From an uncultured Clostridia bacterium (GTDB taxonomy: Bacteria > Bacillota > Clostridia > Oscillospirales > Ruminococcaceae), in contig CAMWVP010000001.1 in the NCBI GenBank assembly GCA_947177735.1, forward strand, positions 1,761-65,760: 64,000 nucleotides of DNA. The letters run 5' to 3'. Under the pieces are notes generated by a model. The model was not told where the DNA came from and ran no database searches. It worked only from the letters and a program-made list of their open reading frames with translations. Both the position numbers and the translations under genes were made by a program. This document shows positions 35,237-44,888 of the stretch, piece after piece (the first letter of the stretch is position 1; every line of letters starts with the position of its first letter).

Positions 35237-36241
35237 ATGGCGATCTGCGAGGGAAAAACTTTTAAATTCAGCAACGCGTCAATATCCGCGTGGGCTTCCG
35301 TTGCGGGCAAGATAGAGGGCGAGGGGCCCTACGGCGACGAGTTTGACGAGGTGCTGGACGACAACAAGAACGATATGGACACATGGGAGCAGGCGGAAGC
35401 GCAGCTTCAGCAAAAGGCTCTCCAACACGCGATGGACAAAGCTAAGCTCTGCCCCGAGAAAATGGATCTCGTTTTCGCGGGCGACCTGCTCAACCAGTGC
35501 ACGGGCTCGTCCTACGGGCTGAAAGACTACTATATACCGTTTCTCGGCGTGTACGGCGCCTGCTCGACGTTCGCGGAATGTCTGCTGCTGTCGGCTTGTA
35601 TGGTCAACGCGGGATATGTCGACAACTGCTCGGCGGTGACGAGCTCGCACTTCTCGTCTGCCGAACGGCAGTTCCGCTTTCCGCTGAACTACGGCGGCGT
35701 GCGTACTCCGACTGCGCAATGGACAGCTACCGCTTCGGGCGCGGCGATACTGAACTCCGCACCTAAGCCGCCGTATATCCGCTCGGCTACAGTCGGAAAG
35801 ATACAGGATATGGGCATAACCGATCTCAACAATATGGGCGCGGCAATGGCGGGTGCCGCCTACGATACCATTTCGCGGCACTTCAAGCACACGGGCACTC
35901 ACCCCGAGAGCTATGACGCGGTAATAACCGGCGACCTCGGGCAGGTGGGCAGCGACATGCTGTACGAGCTTTTCGAACGCGACCACGTTGATCTGAAGCA
36001 GCACCACAAGGACTGCGGTCTGCTCATCTACGACAGGGAACGGCAGGACGTTCACGCTGGCGGCTCGGGCTGCGGCTGTTCGGCGTCTATGATGTGCGCG
36101 CACTTCTTAGGACGCGTACAGAGCGGCGAACTGAAACGCATACTGTACGTCGCGACGGGAGCTCTGATGTCTCCGACGATAGTTCAGCAAGGCGGCAGCA
36201 TACCCGGAATTGCTCATGCCGTGGAAATAAGTTATGATTAA
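35237..36241 (+). CDS. spoVAD: Stage V sporulation protein AD (DPA-binding)
   Basis: AGDLLNQ, GVYGACST, SSHFSSAERQFRFPLNYG, TGDLG, GGSGCGCS, GALMSP. Confidence 0.95.
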   Translation: MAICEGKTFKFSNASISAWASVAGKIEGEGPYGDEFDEVLDDNKNDMDTWEQAEAQLQQKALQHAMDKAKLCPEKMDLVFAGDLLNQCTGSSYGLKDYYIPFLGVYGACSTFAECLLLSACMVNAGYVDNCSAVTSSHFSSAERQFRFPLNYGGVRTPTAQWTATASGAAILNSAPKPPYIRSATVGKIQDMGITDLNNMGAAMAGAAYDTISRHFKHTGTHPESYDAVITGDLGQVGSDMLYELFERDHVDLKQHHKDCGLLIYDRERQDVHAGGSGCGCSASMMCAHFLGRVQSGELKRILYVATGALMSPTIVQQGGSIPGIAHAVEISYD

Positions 36242-36246
36242 GTGGG

Positions 36247-36336
36247 CACGGATTTAATGGCGGTTTTCTCCGCCGAAGGCAGGGAAAACCGCATAGAATA
36301 AAACCCGAAAGCTTATAAAAATCATTTAATCAGTGG
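36247..36336. repeat. Miniature palindromic repeat, family 2
   Basis: Ends GATTTAAT / ATTTAATCAGTGG; hairpin GCGGTTTTCTCCGCC-GAA-GGCAGGGAAAACCGC. Confidence 0.6.
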
Positions 36337-36350
36337 TATAGGGGGAAAAT

Positions 36351-36728
36351 ATGGATATTTTTATGGAATATGTCTGGGCGTTTCTGATAGGCGGATTGCT
36401 GTGCGCGATAGGGCAGGTGCTTATCGACCTGACCAAGCTCACACCCGCGCGCATACTCACATCTTATGTCGTAGCGGGAGTGGTGCTGGGCGCTCTGGGG
36501 CTGTATCAGCCGATAATCGATCTTGCCGGCGGCGGAGCGACCGTGCCGCTTACGGGCTTCGGAAACCTGCTCGCCAAAGGAGTGCGCAAGGCGGTCGACA
36601 TGAACGGCTTAATCGGAGCGTTCATGGGTGGCTTCACCTCGGCGGCAGTCGGAATTTCGGCGGCGGTATTCTTCGGGCTTATCACGGCACTGATGTTCAA
36701 GAGCGGGTCTAAGATCAACGAGGCATAA
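36351..36728 (+). CDS. spoVAE: Stage V sporulation protein AE (AEb)
   Basis: AFLIGGLLCAIGQVLID, GATVPLTGFGNLL. Confidence 0.9.
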   Translation: MDIFMEYVWAFLIGGLLCAIGQVLIDLTKLTPARILTSYVVAGVVLGALGLYQPIIDLAGGGATVPLTGFGNLLAKGVRKAVDMNGLIGAFMGGFTSAAVGISAAVFFGLITALMFKSGSKINEA

Positions 36729-36753
36729 CAAAACGGGAGCTTTAAGCTCCCGT

Positions 36754-36905
36754 CAGACTGTCGATAAACCCTCATCTGCGTCGTCAGCGGTACGGCGGCA
36801 GCCACAAAGGCTAGCCGCCGTACCGAGGTTGACCGCGAAGCGGTCATTCGTCCTAGCATCTGAGGGCTTCTCGACAGTCTGAATGTGGACTTTTTCTACA
36901 GACTG
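36754..36905 (-). mobile_element. MITE-like element, copy C (long variant, hairpin type 2)
   Basis: CAGACTGTCGATAAACCC...GGGCTTCTCGACAGTCTG-AATGTGGACTTTTTCTACAGACTG. Confidence 0.85.
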
Positions 36906-36932
36906 AAACGGGGGCATTATGTTCCCGTTTTA

Positions 36933-37316
36933 TTATGCGGTTATCTCTATCAGATTGCCTTCAGAGTCAGCAATACAGCTTTCATAATAACCGTCGCCGG
37001 TGATTCGGGGGGCGCTTACGATCTCGTAACCGTCTGTTTCAAGCTTATGGGTAAGCTCGTCGACGCGCTCTTTGCTCCCGACCGAAAACGCAATATGAGC
37101 GTAGCCCGTGCGGAAGGGTGTTTTTTCGTGATCGTCAAGCCGAGGGCGGGTCATTATCTCAAGCCTCGCTCCATCGGAAAAGCTCAGAAAATAGGAGCGG
37201 AAGTCCGTGGTCGGGTTGTGATAGCCTGTGTTGGGAATAGCGCAGAAGTATTTTACAAAAAAATCCCTTGTCTGCTCAAGATCGTTTACATACATTGCAA
37301 CGTGTTCTATTCTCAT
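36933..37316 (-). CDS. VOC/glyoxalase family protein
   Basis: MRIEHVAMYV, LEIM, GYAHIAFSVGS, YYESCIADSEGNLIEI; ATG 37316 after GGAGGT. Confidence 0.9.
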   Translation of the reverse strand: MRIEHVAMYVNDLEQTRDFFVKYFCAIPNTGYHNPTTDFRSYFLSFSDGARLEIMTRPRLDDHEKTPFRTGYAHIAFSVGSKERVDELTHKLETDGYEIVSAPRITGDGYYESCIADSEGNLIEITA

Positions 37317-37388
37317 TCGGAACCTCCAAAGAATATCCCGCGCAGCCGTTCGGTTATGGACGGCTGCGCGCATGTATATCGAACTAAT

Positions 37389-38285
37389 TTACATCATATC
37401 CTCAATACGCTCTATCGCACATTCATACGCTGTCTGCCAATCATTTTCCTCAACGGTCAGCCGCACTATCTCAACGTTCATCAGCCGCAGCAGATCGAGC
37501 TTTGCGGGGTTGGCGTAATCGGAGGGATTAAGCTCGAAAAACACTGTTCTGCCCGCGCCTTTGCCCTCGCGCTTTTTGCGGTCAAGCAGCCACCACATAT
37601 CGCTTTCGGCAAACCCGAATCCGTAGCCGAGTATGTACACATCACCGAAGATAAACGCCTCCGACCAGCTCAATATCGCCGGCTCTCCGCCGTTTCCGCG
37701 CAGGAGCGAATAGTACACGCCGCGCTTCTTGTTGAACGCAAGTATTTTCCCGAGCAGCAGCCCGTAATAGTAGTGTCCGAGTATCATCGAGTCGGGCTTG
37801 CGCGCTTCGCCGTGGACGTGCCATATCCTGCGCTCCCTGCCGAGATATTCGGCGCTGTTGTAGGTGTGCAGCATAAGGCTCGCCTCGCACCTGCTCACCT
37901 CGTCGGTGCAGCGCTGCATCTTCTTCAGAGCGCGTTCGCAAACGTTTTCTTCGCCCATGGCGGCGGTCTCCAGCTCGTAGCTGTAATTTGTCGTCAGAAA
38001 ATGGTCGAAATCAAGCGCCAGCAGCCGACGTAAAAGCTCCAGCTGTTTTTCGGGCTTCTTAGTGCCAAGCGCGCTCAGACTGTCCTTTTTGAACTCCAGA
38101 GCCTCGTCAACCCTGTCGCGCGTCACAAGCACCGCCTTAAGCGTCTCGGGGCAGACGTACTCCTCCGCGCCCGACACGCCGTACCGCACAGCTAAAGAGT
38201 TCAGCAGCTGGTCCCACGAATCGCTGTTGAACGCTCTGTTTATACCGTTTCCGAGCAGCAAGACCTGCGGCTTTCCGTTCTTCAC
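37389..38285 (-). CDS. SIR2-like (SIR2_2/AbiH-like) domain protein
   Basis: LLLGNGIN, FLTTNYSYELE, IWHVHGE, VYILGYGFGFAESDMWWLL; probable GTG start at 38285 after GAGGTG. Confidence 0.75.
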   Translation of the reverse strand: MKNGKPQVLLLGNGINRAFNSDSWDQLLNSLAVRYGVSGAEEYVCPETLKAVLVTRDRVDEALEFKKDSLSALGTKKPEKQLELLRRLLALDFDHFLTTNYSYELETAAMGEENVCERALKKMQRCTDEVSRCEASLMLHTYNSAEYLGRERRIWHVHGEARKPDSMILGHYYYGLLLGKILAFNKKRGVYYSLLRGNGGEPAILSWSEAFIFGDVYILGYGFGFAESDMWWLLDRKKREGKGAGRTVFFELNPSDYANPAKLDLLRLMNVEIVRLTVEENDWQTAYECAIERIEDMM

Positions 38286-38424
38286 CGTATCACCTCTAAA
38301 CCTTAATAAAGTCACGTATCATCTCAAACACGGAATTATCTATCCCATTGACCTGTCATATTAAATTTTAACATATATTAGGATGGTTGTCAAGCACGTC
38401 AGCGTATAACAAAACTAAATATTC

Positions 38425-38589
38425 CAGACTGTCGATAAACCCTCATCTACTTCGTCAACGGCTTGCTCGGCAGCCATTAAGGCTAGCCGACAAGCCTAGG
38501 TTGACCGCGAAGCGGTCATTCGTCCTCGTATCTGAGGGCTTCTCGACAGTCTGAGAAATGCGAGTTAAATGACTTTTTTCTACAAGCTG
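38425..38589 (-). mobile_element. MITE-like element, copy D (165 bp) with 10-bp target-site duplication
   Basis: CTAAATATTC at 38415-38424 and again at 38590-38599. Confidence 0.9.
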
Positions 38590-38618
38590 CTAAATATTCA
38601 TTTGTTTTCCGCAAGCCC

Positions 38619-38647
38619 TTGACTTCTTACCTAAAATATGTTAAAAT
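38619..38647 (+). promoter_or_regulatory. Sigma-A promoter (distal)
   Basis: TTGACT-17-TAAAAT with extended TG. Confidence 0.6.
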
Positions 38648-38807
38648 AACTTTATAAGTATATTTTAAGTATATTGCGTAAATAGGATAGATAAAGCTTT
38701 CTCGGATCGTAAAATACGTCGTGTTTTCACTGACCGAAACCGCGAAGCTAAGGCTCAATTATGCAGAATGCTTAAAAAGCGCGCTTTAATTTTAGCTAAT
38801 GATAGTA

Positions 38808-38836
38808 TTGCTTTTTGTTAATGTTTGCCGTATAAT
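38808..38836 (+). promoter_or_regulatory. Sigma-A promoter (proximal) of LacI regulator
   Basis: TTGCTT-17-TATAAT. Confidence 0.6.
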
Positions 38837-38870
38837 TAAACTGTATGAATATGAAACGGGGGGCTAATAA

Positions 38871-39875
38871 ATGCCGAGAAAACAGGTGACGATAGCCGAC
38901 ATAGCAAAAGAGTGCGGCACAAGCACGGTAACGGTGTCAAAGGCGCTGTGCGGACGCAGCGGAGTGAGCGAGGAGGTTCGCGCCAAGATCCGCGAGACTG
39001 CCGACCGTATGGGGTATGTCTCCACTAAATCCGTGTCCAATAAGTTTGAGGGAGTAATTGGCGTTCTTATCCCGAACAAGTTTATAAACCCCAACGGCTC
39101 TTTCTATTGGGCGCTGTATAACGATATCCTGAAGCAGCTAAAAAGCTCGGGCATCTCATGTATACAGGAAAATATCGGCGCAGAGGAGGAGAGCGGGCTC
39201 GTTGTGCCGAATCTGTTCTCAAACAATCGCGTTACGGGCGTTATCTCGCTCGGTCAGCTCAGCGTTCCGTACCTGCATATGCTTATGAACCATACGAATA
39301 ACTTGGTGCTGCTGGATTATTATATCCCCGAGCCGGAACTTGACTGCGTAGTGACGAACGGTTATAACGGCGGCTACACACTGACACGCCACCTTATCTC
39401 GCTCGGACACCGCAGCATCGGCTTTATAGGTACGCGCTCCGCGACTACAAGCATATTCGACAGGTTTATGGGCTACTTAAAGGCAATGCTGGAAAGTGAA
39501 CTGCCGATAGAGCCCGAATGGATCATTCCCGACAGAACCGCGGGCGGAGAACGCTTTGAACGGCTCAAGCTCCCGGACAGGCTCCCGACTGCGTTCGTCT
39601 GCAACTGCGATGAGACCGCTTTTACGGCTATCCGCGACCTCAAGGCGCGCGGCTTGTCCGTGCCGCAGGATATCTCCGTTGTCGGTTATGACAATTATCT
39701 GATATCCGAGATCTCCGACCCGCCCATCACTACTATTCATGTCGACTCGGAGGAGATGGCAAGAGAGGCCCTGAACGCGCTGTTCGAGCGTGTGGAAAAG
39801 CCCGCCGCTCCAAAGAGAACGCGCATACTCACAGGCAGGATAGTAATAAAGGAGTCAACAGGCAAGGTCAAGTAG
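38871..39875 (+). CDS. LacI-family transcriptional regulator
   Basis: VTIADIAKECGTSTVTVSKAL HTH; sugar-binding domain ending VPQDISVVGYDN. Confidence 0.95.
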   Translation: MPRKQVTIADIAKECGTSTVTVSKALCGRSGVSEEVRAKIRETADRMGYVSTKSVSNKFEGVIGVLIPNKFINPNGSFYWALYNDILKQLKSSGISCIQENIGAEEESGLVVPNLFSNNRVTGVISLGQLSVPYLHMLMNHTNNLVLLDYYIPEPELDCVVTNGYNGGYTLTRHLISLGHRSIGFIGTRSATTSIFDRFMGYLKAMLESELPIEPEWIIPDRTAGGERFERLKLPDRLPTAFVCNCDETAFTAIRDLKARGLSVPQDISVVGYDNYLISEISDPPITTIHVDSEEMAREALNALFERVEKPAAPKRTRILTGRIVIKESTGKVK

Positions 39876-39881
39876 CATATC

Positions 39882-39916
39882 AAGAAAGCCCGCACAGAAG
39901 CGGGCTTTCTTTTTTT
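39882..39916 (+). terminator. Intrinsic terminator
   Basis: AAGAAAGCCCG...CGGGCTTTCTTTTTTT. Confidence 0.85.
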
Positions 39917-40168
39917 ATTTATAATATGTATATATGGCGGCGAAAACGGCAACCGATAATTTCGTACTTTAAGCAGTACACAACATATTGTAAACGTGGA
40001 AATATTTCCACAACTCATTGTTCAATATTCACAATGTCATAACTCAAATTGACTAATCTTTTTGTATCATATATCTAAAACCTTAAAGATTAGATTTTTT
40101 AGTTAAATTTACAAGAAGTTTTTTAGAAATTTACAAAAAATGGTAAAAAGCCCTCTTATTTTCAAAAG

Positions 40169-40185
40169 GTTACAAAAAGGTTACA
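40169..40185. promoter_or_regulatory. WalR-like direct repeat (TGTAAC-N5-TGTAAC on minus strand)
   Basis: GTTACA-AAAAG-GTTACA, ~45 bp upstream of a TTGACA-17-TATAAT promoter (40231-40259). Confidence 0.5.
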
Positions 40186-40357
40186 AATCATTTTTGTGAA
40201 ATCTGCATAAAATCAACTTATACTTTCTGTTTGACATTTACGAAAAAAAACGCTATAATAGCATTAACCTTGGCAAAGGGCATGGGTCTTGGCTTGGATT
40301 TGTAAAGAAAATCTTACAAAACCGTAACCTTTATCCACGGCTATTACAGGAGGCATT

Positions 40358-41425
40358 ATGAAACCACAGATAGTGAACGCTAAAATGAATAGGGAGCTCC
40401 TTAAGAGCAAGATCGTTAAGATCGGGCTCTTCTTCGCGGTCGTTGCTTCGATCGTGCTTATGACAGGCTCCTTATCTCTGAAAGACAGCGTATATATCAC
40501 CGACGAGGGTCGGACAAAAGAGATAAAGACAAACGAGACAGACGTATACTCCATTCTCCGCACGGAGGACTACGAGCTCAGCGCGAACGACCGCGTAAGC
40601 TACACCAGAGATGAAAACAACACCGGTCATATCACCATTTACCGCGCGTTCGAGGTAAACGTAAGCGCCGACGGTATGACCCACTCTTTCGCGACGGTAG
40701 GCGGCGACGTTTCCGACGCGCTTGACGCTCTCAACGTCGAACTGGAAGAGGACGATGTTATTGACTATGAGTACTCCGACGAGCTGTTCCCCGATATGAA
40801 GATAACCGTTACGCGCATCGATCATGAGGAATGGCAGGAGGAGATCGAGATTCCATACGATGTCGAGTACATCGACAATCCCAATCACACCATCGGCTAC
40901 GAGGAAGTGCTTACCTACGGCGAGAACGGCGTGCGCACGATCTACTACCGTGATACGCTTGTTGACGGCGAAGTGACCGATACCGTCGAGATCGACGAGG
41001 AAGTAACGGTCGAGCCCGTGAATATGGTCATTGAGCGCGGCTCCGCTACCGCTCACTCCTACTCCGAGACCTTCAGCGATGGCGATGTGGTGCTTGTAAA
41101 CGGCGTTCCCACGAGCTATACGCGCGTTCTCTCGGGCAAGTCCACCGCCTACACCGCTTATCCCGGCGCCGGAACCGCAAGCGGCAGACCCGCAAAGGTC
41201 GGTTATGTCGCGGTCAACCCGAACGTTATCCCCTATGGCAGTGAGCTGTACATAGTGTCGCAGGACGGAAGCCGCGTATACGGCTACGCCATCGCAGCCG
41301 ATACGGGCGGAGCGCTCTTAAACGGTCATGCGCTCGTTGACCTCTATATGGACACCTACGAGGACTGCTGCAGCTGGGGCGTGGTTTATGTTGACGTTTA
41401 CGTGCTCTCGGAAGGCAACGGATGA
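40358..41425 (+). CDS. YabE/Rpf-like cell-wall protein (ubiquitin-like repeats, G5, 3D domain)
   Basis: N-terminal TM; EEEIEIPYDVEYID...GENG G5 domain; STAYTA...VAVNPNVIPYGSELYI...AADTGG...VDLY 3D domain. Confidence 0.9.
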   Translation: MKPQIVNAKMNRELLKSKIVKIGLFFAVVASIVLMTGSLSLKDSVYITDEGRTKEIKTNETDVYSILRTEDYELSANDRVSYTRDENNTGHITIYRAFEVNVSADGMTHSFATVGGDVSDALDALNVELEEDDVIDYEYSDELFPDMKITVTRIDHEEWQEEIEIPYDVEYIDNPNHTIGYEEVLTYGENGVRTIYYRDTLVDGEVTDTVEIDEEVTVEPVNMVIERGSATAHSYSETFSDGDVVLVNGVPTSYTRVLSGKSTAYTAYPGAGTASGRPAKVGYVAVNPNVIPYGSELYIVSQDGSRVYGYAIAADTGGALLNGHALVDLYMDTYEDCCSWGVVYVDVYVLSEGNG

Positions 41426-41441
41426 TTTCTTTTGAACGATC

Positions 41442-41470
41442 AAAAGGCTCCCCGAACAGGGGGGCTTTTT
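41442..41470 (+). terminator. Intrinsic terminator
   Basis: AAAAGGCTCCCC-GAACA-GGGGGGCTTTTT. Confidence 0.75.
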
Positions 41471-41535
41471 CTTGTCTTTTATTTACTTATCGGGCGTTCT
41501 TTTCCATAGTAAATATTGTAAGGACGCGCTAATAT

Positions 41536-41699
41536 CAGCTTGTAGACTAAGTCATTTTAACTCGCATTTCTCAGACTGTCGAGAAGCCCTCAGATGCTAG
41601 GACGAATGACCGCTTCGCGGTCAACCTCGGTACGGCGGCTAGCCTTTGTGGCTGCCGCCGTGCCGCTGACGACGCAGATGAGGGTTTATCGGCAGTCTG
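41536..41699 (+). mobile_element. MITE-like element, copy E (164 bp) with 6-bp target-site duplication
   Basis: TAATAT at 41530-41535 and 41700-41705; hairpin type 2. Confidence 0.88.
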
Positions 41700-41869
41700 T
41701 AATATTTCACATTTGCTGCATATTGCACAAAACCGCCAAAAAAAAGCGTGTAAATTTGTATGCCGCGTTATTGACGAAACAGTCAAAAAATTATATAATA
41801 AAAGTGGCTAACCGTGTTTTCGGGTTTGCTTGGTCGGGCAAAATTGCCCAATTGCGAAAGGAAATAAAT

Positions 41870-44800
41870 ATGATCTGTACAAAATGCAACAGCGAAGTAC
41901 CGAACGGCGCAAAATTCTGCCCCGTTTGCGGAAACGCTTGCGGCACCGCTTCCGATGTGAAGCCTGCTGCCGCCACGCCTGCGCAGGAACAGAAAAGCTT
42001 CTGCGAAAAGTGCGGTCTGGAGCTGAGAAGAGGCGCTAAGTTCTGCGCTGTCTGCGGCACACCCGCGGCAGTCGGAGATATAAAGCCCAGCGCCAACAAC
42101 GGCTCCACATTCGGGGGCGGCGATATGTCGACGATCTCGCTCGACAAGCCCATTGCTTCCGATAATCTTGTCGCGGCTATGAATACCGCGCCGTCGGGTG
42201 TCCCTACACCGTCGAACAGTGTTCCGACACCGTCCGGTTCAGGGTATTCCTCGGGCTTCAGCGGCTACGGCAGTGCGGCTTCGGATATTAACCCCGCTTT
42301 TATCCCCGAATCTCCCGTTGCGCCGCCGTCCTACGCGCCCGCTGCGGATATGGGCAGCACGTCCGGCTCCGAGAATCCGTTCGGCGATATGGGCGCTGCG
42401 GCTGTCGTGGCTACACCTATCAAGAAGAAAAAGACGGGCGCTAAGGTCGCGATCATTATCGCGGCGGCTGTCGCGGTGCTGATAGCGGCTGCGGCGGTGT
42501 TCTTCTTCACGAACAAGGCGACCGCGCTCAGTCTCATTATGGGCAAGTCCAAATACGCGGCAATGGTCGAGGGCAACTCGATAAAGGAAGCGACCGAGAA
42601 GCTTGACCTGCCTTCGTTTGCCAACGGCATAAAGTCCGCGTCCGGCGTAGTCTCCCAACTGTCATCCGTCAACAGAGGTTATATCAGCGACAGAAGCCTC
42701 GGCGCGCTCGGTTTGAGCAATACCGTCGGCTCGGCGGCAGCCGCTCCGATGATGTCCGTGTATTCCGACGACGGCGTCAATATGGAAGAGCTGATCTCCT
42801 CTTATAATAAGCTGATGATGGATACATACGGCGTGAACTCGCTTACATCTACGCTCAGCATGGATATCAAGCTCTCCGACAGCGTTAATAATATCCTTAA
42901 AGACGAGCTCGGCGACGAGTTTGATGAGCTGATAAAGCTCATCAACAAGACCGACTTTACGACAACCGTAAACTCCTCCTCGGATAAGCTCGGCGTTTCA
43001 ATGGGAGTCAGCAGCGGTTCCTCAGTTATCGACGCAAAAGCAGTGTTCACCAAGGACGGCGAGATGTACATCGTTTTCCCGTTTATCTCGGATACGGGCA
43101 TTATGGTGAAGATTCCCACCGGTACCGCCTCTTCCGGTAAGGTCGAGGCTGCGGTGCTCGAGCTTGACGAAAAGGAGATCGAACGTCTCATCGGCGAGCT
43201 GGTGGAGCTGTATCTCGCTGAGTACGCCGACTGTGCTATCGAGATGGAGAACGGTGAGCTTTCCGCCGCGGGTCTTACCGCTACGGGCAAGCTTATCACC
43301 GCAGAGTTTAAGGGCGACGACCTCTCCGACCTGTTCACCAAGCTTGCGGAGCACGTTGCCGACGACGAATACTTCTGCACCAAGATAGTAGACTTTGCAA
43401 ACGAGTGCGGCGCTGACATTACCGCGCAGGACTACAAGGACGCTATCATGGACGCTGTGGACTTCGACGCGGGAAAATCCGACAAGCTGGTTATCAGCAC
43501 CGTTATCGACAACGCGGGCAATGTTCTCGCGAAGTCCTACAAGGCGGTCGCTAATGATGAGATAGTAAAGATCACCTACGTCGACAGCAAGGAGCAGTTC
43601 ACTCTCGAGGCAAGCGAAAACGGCGCGACGGTCGTTTCCGTTGTTCACGATATCACAAGTGAGACAGAGGGTGCCGTTACGCTTAAATGCAGCGACGGCG
43701 ATGACGGTTATGTCACCGTTAAGATGACCTACTCCGATATCGGCAAGGCTAAGTTCTGCGGTCAGGATACCGTAACCGGCACATTCACTATCGGCATAGA
43801 TCTTCCCGCCGACTTTACAGAAGATATTCCCGATGAGCTCGGCAAGTTCTCCAACGTCAAGCTGGCGTTCAGTACTGCCGTAAACGGACAGAACACCATG
43901 GAAAGCTCCGTTAAATTAACGGCGGGCAATCTCGGAAGCATCGCCGTAACCTCCTCGGTTACCGCGGAGAACAGTGACGCGGGTCTTGCACTCCCGTCAG
44001 ATGTTATCGACATAGGCAATATTGACGATATTCCCGATGACGAGGCAATGAAGAAGCTCGAGGAGTACGCAAAGACCGCTGTCGAGAAGCTCAAGGGGCT
44101 TAAGGACGGCGCGTTCGGCAAGCTGCTCGATGATCTGGGATTTTTTGACGAGCTCGACGACATGGAGGGCGCAATGGATCCCGCTGTTCCCTACGGCGAT
44201 GTTGTGGACCTCAGCTCCAAGGTCGCTAAGGCAATGGGAACCGTAAACGGACTCAGCAGCTCCTACAAGGTCAACGACAAGGAGCTCAACGACCGCGCGA
44301 CCGCGCTTATCGGCGACCTCACCCTTCTGTTCAACGATATTAACGCCAAGGGCACGGAAGTAACTCGTGGCGAGTTTGATACCTTTACCAGACGCTACAA
44401 CGCCCTCAACGGGCAGGTTGACACGCTGAAGAGAGACTTTGAGCTCAAGGCGTCGCAGCAGCAGGGTTCGACAAGCTCCACAACTCCCGCTAATCCCACC
44501 AATCCGACTAACCCGACCAACCCCACAAATCCGACCAATCCGCAAACGCCCTCTGCCGGCGGCGCGGAAAGTCTCAACTTTGACACTATGACGGACAGTG
44601 AGCTCGTTGAGGTTCTTGACGAGTATGAGACACGCTATCTTGCGTTGTTCACCGATGAGATACTGATAAAGGTCTTCACCGACCCCGAGCTCGAGTCGAT
44701 GTACAACACCTGTGAGAGCGCGTACAGCAAGGTGCTTGATGATTTTGATCAGTTCATCGACGCGTACATTGACGGAAATTACAGTGTTGCGCTGCTGAGA

Positions 44801-44875
44801 AATCTCAGAAAGTCTACCAGAACGTTCGCCGTTGTAGTGGAACAGTTTGAAAACGCAGTTCAGATAACCGTATAA
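41870..44875 (+). CDS. Large type II membrane protein: cytoplasmic double zinc ribbons, Pro/Ser linker, one TM, ~750-aa extracellular region
   Basis: CTKC..KFCPVCG and CEKC..KFCAVCG; TM VAIIIAAAVAVLIAAAAVFFF; real start ATG 41870 (AAGGAAA RBS), not 41594. Confidence 0.85.
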   Translation: MICTKCNSEVPNGAKFCPVCGNACGTASDVKPAAATPAQEQKSFCEKCGLELRRGAKFCAVCGTPAAVGDIKPSANNGSTFGGGDMSTISLDKPIASDNLVAAMNTAPSGVPTPSNSVPTPSGSGYSSGFSGYGSAASDINPAFIPESPVAPPSYAPAADMGSTSGSENPFGDMGAAAVVATPIKKKKTGAKVAIIIAAAVAVLIAAAAVFFFTNKATALSLIMGKSKYAAMVEGNSIKEATEKLDLPSFANGIKSASGVVSQLSSVNRGYISDRSLGALGLSNTVGSAAAAPMMSVYSDDGVNMEELISSYNKLMMDTYGVNSLTSTLSMDIKLSDSVNNILKDELGDEFDELIKLINKTDFTTTVNSSSDKLGVSMGVSSGSSVIDAKAVFTKDGEMYIVFPFISDTGIMVKIPTGTASSGKVEAAVLELDEKEIERLIGELVELYLAEYADCAIEMENGELSAAGLTATGKLITAEFKGDDLSDLFTKLAEHVADDEYFCTKIVDFANECGADITAQDYKDAIMDAVDFDAGKSDKLVISTVIDNAGNVLAKSYKAVANDEIVKITYVDSKEQFTLEASENGATVVSVVHDITSETEGAVTLKCSDGDDGYVTVKMTYSDIGKAKFCGQDTVTGTFTIGIDLPADFTEDIPDELGKFSNVKLAFSTAVNGQNTMESSVKLTAGNLGSIAVTSSVTAENSDAGLALPSDVIDIGNIDDIPDDEAMKKLEEYAKTAVEKLKGLKDGAFGKLLDDLGFFDELDDMEGAMDPAVPYGDVVDLSSKVAKAMGTVNGLSSSYKVNDKELNDRATALIGDLTLLFNDINAKGTEVTRGEFDTFTRRYNALNGQVDTLKRDFELKASQQQGSTSSTTPANPTNPTNPTNPTNPTNPQTPSAGGAESLNFDTMTDSELVEVLDEYETRYLALFTDEILIKVFTDPELESMYNTCESAYSKVLDDFDQFIDAYIDGNYSVALLRNLRKSTRTFAVVVEQFENAVQITV
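44487..44545 (+). repeat. 9-bp coding tandem repeat, (NPT)n linker
   Basis: PANPTNPTNPTNPTNPTNPQ encoded by synonymous AAY CCN ACN units. Confidence 0.85.
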
Positions 44876-44888
44876 ATACCGACTACAA

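Noticed and set aside
38700-38770. Possible c-di-GMP-I riboswitch (CGCGAAGCTAAGG)
   Set aside because: The GGCAAAC-GNRA P2 element is missing; kept only as an unnamed sRNA candidate
40260-40357. c-di-AMP (ydaO) riboswitch expected ahead of a 3D-domain gene
   Set aside because: No GCTGAA/GCGGGGGA consensus elements; leader is short
41594-41869. 92-codon N-terminal extension of the 1093-aa ORF (and ORF 36506-36859) beginning MLGRMTASRSTSVRR
   Set aside because: Both starts lie inside MITE copies with no RBS; a promoter and RBS precede ATG 41870, so the extension is a chance open frame
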